Shown here: positions 41,285 through 51,420 of the stretch, one piece after another
Numbering within the stretch: position 1 is the first letter of the stretch
Layout: every line of letters starts with the position of its first letter
Virus record (IMG/VR): IMGVR_UViG_2974647559_000001
Span: 20,609 to 84,608 of that record
DNA: 64,000 nt
Reading direction: 5' to 3' (one strand)
From: a virus
Taxonomy: Duplodnaviria > Caudoviricetes
Made by a program: the position numbers and the translations under genes
Notes under the pieces: model-generated
The model's input: the letters and a program-made list of their open reading frames with translations, nothing else
The model's database searches: none
Told to the model about the DNA's origin: nothing

Positions 41285-41746
41285 ATGACAATTAAAGCAT
41301 ACGATCCTAAGAAAGTCTCGTTATCTATTGGGGGTGTGAACCCAACAGGTTATGCACCAGATACAAAGATTGTCTTTAGTCGAGCTAACCCTGTCTCAAC
41401 TACAACCGTAGGAGTGGACGGAGATATATCGGTAAATGAAGATAATCGTAAGAACGGCACAATGACTATTAGTTTATTACACAACTCATCTTTCAATGAT
41501 GTAATAACTTCTTGGTTGCTGACCAAACCAACAGGGTATCCATTCCTACCCTTCGAGTTCAATGACCCGTCAGGTAGTGCCACAACTTCTAGGTGTTGGG
41601 TGGAAACACAGCCTGACTATAGCGTGGGGCAAGAGACTGGTACTCTTGATTGGGTATTTGGTGTAGAAGATACCACACTGAAACCAAACCAAACTGTAGC
41701 GCGATTAGATAAACTAAAACAGTTTACTGGTGCAGTGTTAGTATAA
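41285..41746 (+). CDS. Tail tube protein
   Basis: YDPKKVSLSIGG..VGVDG..TISLLHNS. Confidence 0.85.
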   Translation: MTIKAYDPKKVSLSIGGVNPTGYAPDTKIVFSRANPVSTTTVGVDGDISVNEDNRKNGTMTISLLHNSSFNDVITSWLLTKPTGYPFLPFEFNDPSGSATTSRCWVETQPDYSVGQETGTLDWVFGVEDTTLKPNQTVARLDKLKQFTGAVLV

Positions 41747-41769
41747 GTTAATTAAACAATTTGTCATGC

Positions 41770-41791
41770 TGACTAACAAGGATGTTGGTCA
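41770..41791 (+). promoter_or_regulatory. CsrA/RsmA-type hairpin in the chaperone gene leader
   Basis: TGACTAACA-AGGA-TGTTGGTCA; matches ACANGGANGU. Confidence 0.55.
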
Positions 41792-41816
41792 CATTTATCT
41801 AGTATGATAAGTAGGT

Positions 41817-42287
41817 ATGACGTTAACAGGTGAAAGCATGACAACACAATTATCAAAATCAACACAACAAAAATTTGTAATCGGTGAGGGTAAAACTTCA
41901 CGTACATTCCTATCAGACGGCTGGAGTCCTCTACTGGCCGCAAAAAACCTACCTAAGATTGGTAAGACTTTTGCAACACCGATCTCATTTCTATTTTCAG
42001 CAACCGAGGAAAACTTTGGTACGTTGATACCTCAAGCCTTGTATCTCTTATTCGAAGAAATGGAGCAAGGTGATATTGAGGCACTTTTTAATCTTATCCT
42101 TAGTAAAGTATGGGCAGAGAATGGTACTAGGTTAGTAGACCTAGACAACGATTTTGCCAACTTAGACGAACTACTCTCGTTAGTGGCTTTAGTGTTGAAG
42201 CAACATTACGGATGTCTAACTTCGGGAAAGTCTTTCGCATCCCTTCTGGAGACTCTGGTGCCAGTCAGTCGAATGACTCAGGCGTAA
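41817..42287 (+). CDS. Tail assembly chaperone (G-like)
   Basis: Between tube and tape measure genes; contains the GGGAAAG slippery site. Confidence 0.8.
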   Translation: MTLTGESMTTQLSKSTQQKFVIGEGKTSRTFLSDGWSPLLAAKNLPKIGKTFATPISFLFSATEENFGTLIPQALYLLFEEMEQGDIEALFNLILSKVWAENGTRLVDLDNDFANLDELLSLVALVLKQHYGCLTSGKSFASLLETLVPVSRMTQA

Positions 42288-42511
42288 GACCGTCTAAGCA
42301 GGCTCTAAGTTATATAGAAAAAACTTCTTCACTTGATTTCATAGACTATATGTTCTTTAGAGCCGTTAAGGAGGGAGGTGAAACTGGTGCAAGTCTTGAG
42401 TCACTAGATTTGAATTACTTAGTTAAACTGAACGAATGGTTGGACATCCAGAGTTACATGGAATCTGACGTAGAGAAACAGATAGAAAGAAAACATAAGC
42501 AGAAGGGGTGA
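42224..42511 (+). CDS. -1 frameshift extension of the tail assembly chaperone (GT-like)
   Basis: G GGA AAG at 42224-42230; the overlapping -1 frame is open to 42511. Confidence 0.75.
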   Translation, partial: GKVFRIPSGDSGASQSNDSGVRPSKQALSYIEKTSSLDFIDYMFFRAVKEGGETGASLESLDLNYLVKLNEWLDIQSYMESDVEKQIERKHKQKG

Positions 42512-42527
42512 AATAGCCCCTTGCTTT
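42497..42527. terminator. Bidirectional hairpin between the chaperone and the antisense endonuclease
   Basis: AAGGGG-8-CCCCTT with extended flanks. Confidence 0.6.
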
Positions 42528-43203
42528 AAAGGTATCTGGTTCTCAAAGCTTCAGCTACTCTTGGATCATCTTGTAAATCGGCAAGCTTTAAAGCGTGTTC
42601 ATGTTTCTTAGCCTTCCAAGCTAAATGAGCCTCTAATTCTGTGGGAAACAGACTAATATATTCTGTTTTATTAGTAAAAGGATTACTACATTTAGATGCG
42701 TAAGGGTTCTCTTTACTAGCACCTGAGTGAAAACAAACACCTATTAATAAAGAACCTCTTGAACGTTTTGAATCTAACATGAAGGTGTTTATTTTACAAG
42801 AGATGTATACACAAGTCTCAGGCGAGTATAATTTACCATTCCCCAGTAAATCTTTATCTAATTGACTATTTTTCCAATCTCTATTAGGCTGAGAATCAAC
42901 CCATTTAATAAAATTCGATAAGTATTGCCACTCTTTGAATATTTCACAACCAACATAACTGGAACAGCTACCTGAAGGGTCATTACCAAAACACCTGCGG
43001 ATCATACTCCGCCAATCAGCATAGTATGGGCAAGTCCACACCAGTTTACTTTTACCTTGAATTGTTACAGTTACTCCAGTGTTATAATTAACGTCCACAA
43101 CACCCCACCCATGTATGGTTGGTTTCAATGATTCCCAATCTTCTCGTCTAATATTTTTAGTCACATTACTTCTCCTGTAGGTTAAAAAGTAAAGGTAGCA
43201 CAT
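42526..43203 (-). CDS. HNH-type homing endonuclease, paralog of 29766-30425 (likely GTG start at 43164)
   Basis: RREDWESLKPT, CPYYADW, DKDLLGNGKLYSPETC. Confidence 0.78.
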   Translation of the reverse strand: MCYLYFLTYRRSNVTKNIRREDWESLKPTIHGWGVVDVNYNTGVTVTIQGKSKLVWTCPYYADWRSMIRRCFGNDPSGSCSSYVGCEIFKEWQYLSNFIKWVDSQPNRDWKNSQLDKDLLGNGKLYSPETCVYISCKINTFMLDSKRSRGSLLIGVCFHSGASKENPYASKCSNPFTNKTEYISLFPTELEAHLAWKAKKHEHALKLADLQDDPRVAEALRTRYL

Positions 43204-43252
43204 AATGAAACAGTTTGCAATAGTTTTAATAACATAAAGGAGGTGTGTCTAA

Positions 43253-44950
43253 ATGAAAGACATTGCCGGTAATGTCACGAATAAAATCTCATTTGAAATT
43301 GATAGAAGGTCGTGGCAAAACCTAGACAAGTTCCAAAAACGAATAGCTGACGTAAAGAAGCAATTATCTGGTCTTAGTGGGAACATCAAGGTTAATGCTG
43401 TTGTTAGTAAGTTTGACAGGGTACAGAAGGCAGTAGGGGCTAAATCTGTAGCTAACAAACAACAAGAATATAACGCGCATGTAGCCTTATTCCAACGACA
43501 CCAGAATAAGATGGCAGAAGTTGCAGCAATGAATCAACGCAGAGTTGATAATGCCCGTAATATGATGTCATCAAGGCTTAGTACAGCGGGGGCTTCTGAC
43601 AAGGTTAAAACTACAGCATTTAATAGGTTTGATACATTCTCCCAACAAATGCTTGCTGGTAAGATGACAGCTACTGAGTTTAGTAGGGCAGTTAACCAAT
43701 CTACATCTAGTTTGCTAAGGCAATCGTCAGCATCTAAAAATGCTCAAATGTCTATGCGAGGATTGCGTAGTGAGTTGATACAAGCTACTGCTGCTTATAG
43801 TGCATTTGCTGTTGGTGCTAACGTGTTTAGTACTGGTAAAGAATTACAGAGTCTTGAAGCAGGTATGCTGATATTTGCTAAAGATGGAGCAGGTGTTAAA
43901 CGTGAGATGGATTGGTTAGTATCTAAATCCCAAGAGCTTGGTACTAACTTTATGGTTGCTGCACAAGAGTATACTAAGTTCTCTATTGTAGCCAAGAACA
44001 AAATGTCTAATTCAGAAGCTAAACGATTATTTGTCGCTTACTCTGAATTAGCCACAGTACAACAGATGGATCCAACTAGGTTCCATCGCGGCATGAACTC
44101 CCTTATGCAGATGCTTTCTAAGGGAAGTCTAATGTCGGAAGAAGTAAAAGGCCAGTTTGCAGAAGCCGCCTATGGTGGTGTTGGTTTATTTGCAGAAGCT
44201 TTAGGAATGACTGAAAGGGAATTCTTCAAGGCAATGGAATCTGGTAGCTTGCTATCATCAGAAGTGTTGCCAAAATTAGCAACACAGATGAGTAAAGTTG
44301 CTAGAGAAGGTGGTGCCTTATCAGCAGCACAGAAAACAGTTAACGCCGAACAACAAAGATTTTATACACAACTAGCTTTAGCCAAACGTCAATTCTTTGA
44401 GGGTGGTTTTGGTAAAGCAATGGCTGAGATATTCTCTCAGATGTCCTCTACACTACAGTCCACCAACTTCGCCTCTATGGGCGCATTAATAGGCGGTTCG
44501 TTACGCGGTATAGCTGATGCACTTAATGTACTAACGTTACCCCTACGTGGTGTAATTAATCTATTTGGTGCATTATTTGGTGAGTCAGGTTCTAAGTGGC
44601 TAGGTTACGCAGCGGGTATAGCATTGGTATCTGTGAAGGTTTTAGCACTAGCCAAGGCTGTATCATTCTTAGCTGTAGCTGCTAGGGCGTTAGGGGCAAC
44701 CCCTGTTGGTTTGGCAATCTCTGCTGTAGCACTGGGAAGTTTAGTTGCATTAGATAAATTTGTAATACAACCCTCCATGCAAAACCCTGTAGACAAAATG
44801 GCACAACAAGCTTATAGCTCTAAAACAAACACCCAAGTTAACGTGGTTGTTAGACCAGACGGTAATCAGTTTAGTCGTGCAGTACGTGCTGACATAATGG
44901 GTTATGAATATGAGAAAAATGCTGACACCGTTGCTAGTATATATGCTTAA
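43253..44950 (+). CDS. Tape measure protein
   Basis: Ala-rich helical protein; QMLSKGSLMSEEVKGQ tape-measure motif. Confidence 0.88.
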   Translation: MKDIAGNVTNKISFEIDRRSWQNLDKFQKRIADVKKQLSGLSGNIKVNAVVSKFDRVQKAVGAKSVANKQQEYNAHVALFQRHQNKMAEVAAMNQRRVDNARNMMSSRLSTAGASDKVKTTAFNRFDTFSQQMLAGKMTATEFSRAVNQSTSSLLRQSSASKNAQMSMRGLRSELIQATAAYSAFAVGANVFSTGKELQSLEAGMLIFAKDGAGVKREMDWLVSKSQELGTNFMVAAQEYTKFSIVAKNKMSNSEAKRLFVAYSELATVQQMDPTRFHRGMNSLMQMLSKGSLMSEEVKGQFAEAAYGGVGLFAEALGMTEREFFKAMESGSLLSSEVLPKLATQMSKVAREGGALSAAQKTVNAEQQRFYTQLALAKRQFFEGGFGKAMAEIFSQMSSTLQSTNFASMGALIGGSLRGIADALNVLTLPLRGVINLFGALFGESGSKWLGYAAGIALVSVKVLALAKAVSFLAVAARALGATPVGLAISAVALGSLVALDKFVIQPSMQNPVDKMAQQAYSSKTNTQVNVVVRPDGNQFSRAVRADIMGYEYEKNADTVASIYA

Positions 44951-44962
44951 TCGGAGTACAAA

Positions 44963-47123
44963 ATGAGTCAACAAGATGTAGTCCTGATTCTGGCTAATAA
45001 GATGCAGGCTGATAAGTTGGGGTTAGGGGGTACATTCCTCCTTCCCGACTGTACTCTGTCAATTGACCACAAGTTTGAGAATGATGTAACTGAGCATCCT
45101 ATTGACCGTGGTTCAAGTGTATCAGACCATGTAGTCAATAAAAATGTCACCTTTAGCGTATCCGGTGTATATAACACCTACTCCTTACAAAAGTATGTAC
45201 AGGACGGTGTTAGTACACAGAACCGTGTGGCAGATGCCTATAAGAAGTTGTTAGACTTGCGTAACAGTAAGCAGCAGTTTACATTAGTGAGCCGCTATGA
45301 CATTTATCAAAACTGTGTTGTTAAGTCATTATCTATTCCTGTAGCACCTACTGATGGCAACACATTAATATTCTCTATGGAGATAACTCAAGTACGGGTG
45401 TCTCAACCTTTCAGGCAAGTCACTCTTGTTCAATTAGAAGATGTTAGTGAGCAGTTTGTAGATGCAGCACAACTTAAGAAAGAAGCTGGTACTAAACAAA
45501 GAACAAAGACTTCAACAACCCCTATAGTGAATCAAGCAGATAAAGTAATCAACGGTGGTAGTGGATAATGGCTGTTTATAATATAGACGTTGCTGGTATT
45601 GATACAGCTTATGAAACAATAAGCGTTGTACTAGAAGCTCAATCCTATGAGATGACTTTTCAATACAATCCAAGGGATGAGTCGTGGTATTTGTATTTTG
45701 GTCTACCAAACCTAGCACCTATATTCAAAACAAAGATAACCAACGGTACGGACATTCTACGTAAGTATAGAGCTTATGAAGATGTACCAAAAGGTAGTTT
45801 GTTCATTACTGACCTACAAAAAGTCAATGGTCGAATGGATCGAGATGGGTTTAGTTCTGGTAGGTTTAGTTTAACGTATGTGGATGAAAGTTCGAGATTG
45901 TTAATACAGGAGTTGTGATGTCAGATAAATTTATTCGCAACTATATATTAACCATAGGCAAGGCATTGTCGTTCTTCCAAGATGAAGTAAGGCAAGAAGC
46001 TGTAGCCAACGTATCTGAAAGTAAGATAAGAGGTTTCTCACTAAAAGATAGGATAAACTACGAAAACACTTTCACTAATAAGATATTCCTAGCTGATAAG
46101 TTTGACGTAAATTCTTTCGATGGCGTGGAGATAACAGACCTACATATCACATTCCATATTGAAGATGGTGAGGGTAAGAATCCTTCACACATTTCAATAT
46201 ACAACCTATCAGATGAAGCTGTAAAACTATTAGAACAGTCGGGTAAGAATAAAGCCACTGTCCAATTACGTTGTGGTTATATTACTGACAAAGAGCTACC
46301 CATCGTATTCTTAGGTGAAGTGGATAATATAATTGAGTCTTATGAAGGCCCAACACGTATCACTAAACTATTAGTCAGGGCAGGCAGTACAAACATTCAA
46401 AACGCATATAGTGTACGTGCGTACAAACGTGGTACAACGGTAGAGCAAATCATTAAAGATTTAATATCTGATATGAAGCTACCATACGGTACTGTGTATC
46501 TACCTAGAGTTGGTGAAAACAGTTTAGCTATAAACAAAAACTTCTACGCCTATGGTAAGACAGAAGATATATTGAAAGCTATCTGTGATAACTACAATTT
46601 GATTTATAGTGTAGCCCGCACAGCAATCGTGAATGTTGTCCCTCGTAAGCAAGAAGATGATACCAGCAATACACAATACAATCCAAGACGTCAAGTTGTT
46701 GGCTCTGATGCTGGCTATGCTGCTAATATAGGCAATCAAGCAAAGAGTAGAGAAGAACTGTTAAAACAATCTGTTGATGCTTTTGATAACTATTTGCCGG
46801 AACGCAAGGGCTATAAGATCAATCGTCAGGTGGCTTTCACTGTAACAAGCGACGATGGCACTCTTATTGGCAGTCCTACCATAGAGAATGGCACTGAAGC
46901 TAGGCTTGAGGGTGAAGCTGGCGGGGCGGAACGTATTAGATTTAAGACGTTAATGAACGCACAACTTCAAGTAGGTAAACTGGTAGCAATAGATAGCCCA
47001 TTAGTCAAAGGTGTTTACAAGATTGAAAAGCTAATTTTCATTGGGCAGTTTGAAGGAACTGATTGGTATACGGAAGCAGTTGCTACATTAGATGGTAGTT
47101 GGAAAGTGGAGAAATCATCTTGA
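44963..47123 (+). other. Baseplate/tail-initiator genes: 44963-45568, 45568-45918, and 45915-47123 (hub, gp27-like)
   Basis: TEHPIDRG motif; ISIYNLS..LRCGY..F.G hub pattern; synteny. Confidence 0.75.
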
Positions 47124-47800
47124 ACGCTCACAATATGTCTCAGAAAGACATCCTAGACCTCCACTTCGACAAAAGACTACGTGACTTCGTACACACTTCG
47201 TTCCCTGCTAAAATCACCCGTGTTGTTAATTCTAATGTCGTAGACGTTCAACCATTAGTTAGTACACTACGACCAGACGGAAGTAACAAACCGTACACTG
47301 AATTATACGATGTACGTATGCAAACATACGCTTGCCAAACGGGTGATGTGTTTATATCACTTCCCATCAAAGTTGGTGATTTTGTTTGGGTGATGGTGAG
47401 TGAGCGTGACGTAGCCAACCTAATGGCTTCTGATGGTTCTAAACCTTTAAATTCCACCACACAACGCACACATGATTTATCTGATTGTTTTGCTATCCCC
47501 GCTTTCTTTCCAGATGGCAAATTAAAAGAATATGACCCAGATAACCTAGTTATTGGGAATCAGAATACTAAAATCGTAGTGAAGTCTGATGGCATCGAAA
47601 TAACCACCTCAGAAGCGTCTATAACAGCAGATAACCTAGTAGTCAATGCCAACCTACAGGTCAATGGTAACACCTCCCTAAATGGCTCTGTGGAAGCTAC
47701 AGGCGATACGTTCAAACATAATAATGTTAATGTTGGTAGTACACATACCCATATAGGTGTCCAGACAGGTAGTGGAACATCAGGAGTCCCAACACCATGA
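47099..47800 (+). CDS. Baseplate spike (gpV/Gp138-like)
   Basis: RTHDLSDCFAIP; C-terminal THTHIGVQTGSGTSGVP. Confidence 0.88.
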   Translation: MESGEIILNAHNMSQKDILDLHFDKRLRDFVHTSFPAKITRVVNSNVVDVQPLVSTLRPDGSNKPYTELYDVRMQTYACQTGDVFISLPIKVGDFVWVMVSERDVANLMASDGSKPLNSTTQRTHDLSDCFAIPAFFPDGKLKEYDPDNLVIGNQNTKIVVKSDGIEITTSEASITADNLVVNANLQVNGNTSLNGSVEATGDTFKHNNVNVGSTHTHIGVQTGSGTSGVPTP

Positions 47801-49122
47801 TTGGTTTCAAGCTTAATAACGCTGGTGACATAGAATCTTCTGACGGAAAGATAAGTTTATTATCTACTGTACAGGAAGCTGTCAGACAGCGATTAGAAAT
47901 AAAACTTAGAACTTTTCAAAATGAATGGTTCTTAGATACAACATATGGAATTCCATACCGCCAACAAATCATAGGTAAAGGTCTTAGTAAACCTGAGATT
48001 GATGCCTTGTATATTGATGTAATAAATCAAGACCCAGACGTACAACGTATTGTTTATTTCAATTCAACCTACTCACCTCTTACTAGAGAATATGATACTA
48101 GCTTTGAAGTGAGAGTGGCAGATGAATTGTTACGTGTAGAAACACTGAAACAAACACCATCAGAAGAAATTGAATACCCCGTTCCAGATGGCAGTCAGTT
48201 AACCCCAAGCTGTGATGCCTTTGCTGTCGGAAGCTACATCTGTGACCTACATCAGATTGTTCATTGTGACCTACCGGAAACTGGTGAATATACGTGGATA
48301 TACAATGAAGTAGCTCCTGTGGTTGGTGACGATTGCGTTAGATACTACGCAACAGGTTATGCATCTTATGGATATGTTAAGTATAATTGCCAAGACACTG
48401 ATTGGTCTTTTGTTGAAGAAAGTAGTGGTGGTATAACCTTCCCATCACAGGAAGTCATAACACCGGAAGAACCTCTACCTCCAGTGACACCACCTACACC
48501 AATCCCTACACCAACTAATCTCCCTGTTATAACAGTAGATTTACCTACAACAATAGATGCATACTTGGGTCAGCTTGCTCTAATAAGTATACAAGTTGAA
48601 AGTCAAACCCCTGTCACTTATCAATGGCAAGTCAGAGAGCAAGGTTCTTCATTTTGGAGAGATTCTAATATAAGCGATACAAATTCGTATAGGCCAATCA
48701 TCACCGAATCACTTGATGGTAGGTCTTATCGGGTGTTGGTGAGTAACAAATTTGGAACAGTAACCTCAAATGTAGGCACCGTCAAAATAGGTATAATAGA
48801 CTACATAGAGGTGGTTGGTGGAAGCTTCCTTTTATACTTTGTAAGTGCCAATACATCTGAATCAACAAGTAAGACCCTTGAGATTAGATTAGAACGATTA
48901 ACTGGTATGCCAGTACCTAGTGTCACTGCTAAGACAACCGACACGTCTAATAATATAGTGAGAGATGATTACATTGTTAACCTTGTTTCTGATGATGGTG
49001 TCAATAGTCGTCACGCTTTCACTGTGACAGGCTTACAACCAAATAAGACATACATTGCACAATTTACAGCCACAAGTAACGAAGTGGTACTTATAGATGA
49101 TGTTCCAATAAAAACTACATGA
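47797..49122 (+). CDS. gp25-like baseplate wedge protein with long C-terminal Pro-rich linker and Ig-like extension
   Basis: QRLEIKLRTFQNEWFLDTTYGIPY; later YQWQ..Y.V.VSN..G.VTS Ig pattern. Confidence 0.7.
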   Translation: MIGFKLNNAGDIESSDGKISLLSTVQEAVRQRLEIKLRTFQNEWFLDTTYGIPYRQQIIGKGLSKPEIDALYIDVINQDPDVQRIVYFNSTYSPLTREYDTSFEVRVADELLRVETLKQTPSEEIEYPVPDGSQLTPSCDAFAVGSYICDLHQIVHCDLPETGEYTWIYNEVAPVVGDDCVRYYATGYASYGYVKYNCQDTDWSFVEESSGGITFPSQEVITPEEPLPPVTPPTPIPTPTNLPVITVDLPTTIDAYLGQLALISIQVESQTPVTYQWQVREQGSSFWRDSNISDTNSYRPIITESLDGRSYRVLVSNKFGTVTSNVGTVKIGIIDYIEVVGGSFLLYFVSANTSESTSKTLEIRLERLTGMPVPSVTAKTTDTSNNIVRDDYIVNLVSDDGVNSRHAFTVTGLQPNKTYIAQFTATSNEVVLIDDVPIKTT

Positions 49123-49134
49123 GGCGCGGAATAA

Positions 49135-51411
49135 ATGGCTTTCCAACCAACTTTAAGATTAACAAAAGGTGAAGAACTCACCTTTCAAGAAATGGATGAT
49201 AACTTTAAGGGGCTAGCTGATGCTATTGGGTCATCCGGTGCTGTGTTTGTAACATTAGAAGAATTTGATGCTAACGCAGGTACTGGTGGTAATGATACAG
49301 CAGCTTTCTTAGCAGCTAGGGTAGACGCAGCAACTAATAGTAAAACATTACTACTGCTGAACAAAACCTATCTTATTGACCCTATCGACAGCAATACACC
49401 TTACGTTGGTAGTAATTATACTATTAAAGGTTCTGGTTTATCTGTGTTAAAAAACAGAACTGGTGGACAAGCAATTGGTTCTGTCTCTGTACTACCATTA
49501 ACGGGTAGCAACATAAAGCTTGAGAACTTCACAGTAGACGGAAATATCAGTGCTGACCCTGTTGATTGGGCTACAGGTTACAATGCCTTTACTGGTGCTC
49601 GTGGTGTTGTGCTACAAGATGTAGATGGCTTTACCATAGACCGAGTGGAGGGGCGGAATGTAGTGTTCGCTGGTATTGCCGGCTACCGGGTCAAGAATGG
49701 TATCGTTGCTTTATGTAAAACTAATCGCACACGAGGCAACTTCGGTGACGGCTTTTACTTCGTTGGTGAGAACATTCTGTTCATGGAGTCTAAAGCTTAT
49801 GACCATACTCGTATTGGGTTTGTTCTTGAAACTAATGCTGGACTCCCGACGTTAACAGGTCAGGCGTTATTCAATAACTGCCATTCAGAATACGGACACG
49901 ACGCATCAGCCTTGTACGGCGGTGCAGAAGGTAACTATGGATTCTGGTACGAAAACTTCAAGCACGTAACCACGATTAACTGTACAGCCAAGAATCAAGG
50001 GCGTGCTATTGGTGGTGGCTTCAAATCAGTACCGAGCATTCCAACCAGCGCCGAACCATCTATGACTGAGATATTGTACTGCAACAACACATACATCAAC
50101 TGTGTTGCGGAAGATTGTCGCTACGGTTTCGATATGAACTCTATTGACCAAGAGTACCGTAACTTAGTTAAGATACAGAACTGCTCTGCTTTAGGTGTGG
50201 GTATAGGATTGTACGTTGGTCAGCGCCCTGATTACCAGAGCCAGAATGTAGTAGATGTTGAGAACTTCCACGTATACCTTGACGAGTACAACTCTGCTGT
50301 GCGTGGTATCATGCAGCTTGGGGGACACTTAACCGTTGATGGGTTGTACGTTAGTTTTAATGATACGTTCAACCAAGTCGAATGGGATAATGAACTAAAT
50401 GGGTATTCTGCTATTGGTGCATTCAGTACGTCAAGCGGCGATTCTTGTAAGATTAACAATGCTCATGTTTTCCTCAACGACGACACCGAAATACCAGTTA
50501 ATATTAAGTTCCGTTCAGCACAGACCCGCGAAAATCTAGCCTTAGAGGTTAGCAATACGTGGGTGAAAAACGTAGCAATGAACTGTAAGAGTATTCGTTA
50601 CTACCGCTGCACTATTGATGGCATAGGTACTGAGGAAGGTAATGATTTCTTAGAGTACGAAGATTGTACAGTGCTTTCATCAAGGCCAGAAAGTCGCCCT
50701 GTGGCTGCATACCAGTTACAAGTTAAGCCAGTTACATTCCGTAACTGTGATTTTACTTTCGCTGATTCCAGCAATTACTTGTACGCGTTTATATCTACAG
50801 GTCGTGTTAGCAAAGAGCCAGCTTTCTTGTTCGACGGCTGTACGTTTGAAAAGGATTACTTAGATGGGAGCTATGCTGTACGACTGAATGCAGAGACAAC
50901 ACTAAAGAACGACAACAACGATGTATTTAACTATGAGTTCAATAACTGCAAGTTTGTTAATACAGGTGCCGCCACAGCTAACCCGATCATCTTTACCGAT
51001 GGTAGCGACGTTGACCACTTCACAGCTTTAGGTTCTGGTAACTTTAAGTCAGACACACTATCGGTCAATGGTAATGCTACATTAGTTCCGCACTTTAATC
51101 CTGTTGTATTCGGAAAGGCTAAACCCGATGATATAGCAATTACTGCAAGTAGAAATATAATCAGTAACGACTTCAATCGTTCTCTGGTTAATTCAACTGC
51201 GTCTGCTTATGTTGCTACGTTAACTGCAACAGCTAATACGACTGCACCTATTGGTACAGAGATAACACTGATTAAGTTGGGTACAGGTGATATTAGCTTT
51301 ACACCTACTGCACCTACAACTATCAACGGTACAACTACATTTGCTGTAACAACTCAATATTCTAGCCGTACAATACGTAAAGTATCTGCAACTGCTTGGG
51401 TAACAGTATAA
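49135..51411 (+). CDS. Tail spike / depolymerase with parallel beta-helix
   Basis: N-terminal LRLTKGEELTFQEMDDNF; GGNDTAAF; pectate-lyase-like repeats. Confidence 0.75.
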   Translation: MAFQPTLRLTKGEELTFQEMDDNFKGLADAIGSSGAVFVTLEEFDANAGTGGNDTAAFLAARVDAATNSKTLLLLNKTYLIDPIDSNTPYVGSNYTIKGSGLSVLKNRTGGQAIGSVSVLPLTGSNIKLENFTVDGNISADPVDWATGYNAFTGARGVVLQDVDGFTIDRVEGRNVVFAGIAGYRVKNGIVALCKTNRTRGNFGDGFYFVGENILFMESKAYDHTRIGFVLETNAGLPTLTGQALFNNCHSEYGHDASALYGGAEGNYGFWYENFKHVTTINCTAKNQGRAIGGGFKSVPSIPTSAEPSMTEILYCNNTYINCVAEDCRYGFDMNSIDQEYRNLVKIQNCSALGVGIGLYVGQRPDYQSQNVVDVENFHVYLDEYNSAVRGIMQLGGHLTVDGLYVSFNDTFNQVEWDNELNGYSAIGAFSTSSGDSCKINNAHVFLNDDTEIPVNIKFRSAQTRENLALEVSNTWVKNVAMNCKSIRYYRCTIDGIGTEEGNDFLEYEDCTVLSSRPESRPVAAYQLQVKPVTFRNCDFTFADSSNYLYAFISTGRVSKEPAFLFDGCTFEKDYLDGSYAVRLNAETTLKNDNNDVFNYEFNNCKFVNTGAATANPIIFTDGSDVDHFTALGSGNFKSDTLSVNGNATLVPHFNPVVFGKAKPDDIAITASRNIISNDFNRSLVNSTASAYVATLTATANTTAPIGTEITLIKLGTGDISFTPTAPTTINGTTTFAVTTQYSSRTIRKVSATAWVTV

Positions 51412-51420
51412 GAGGTTTTA

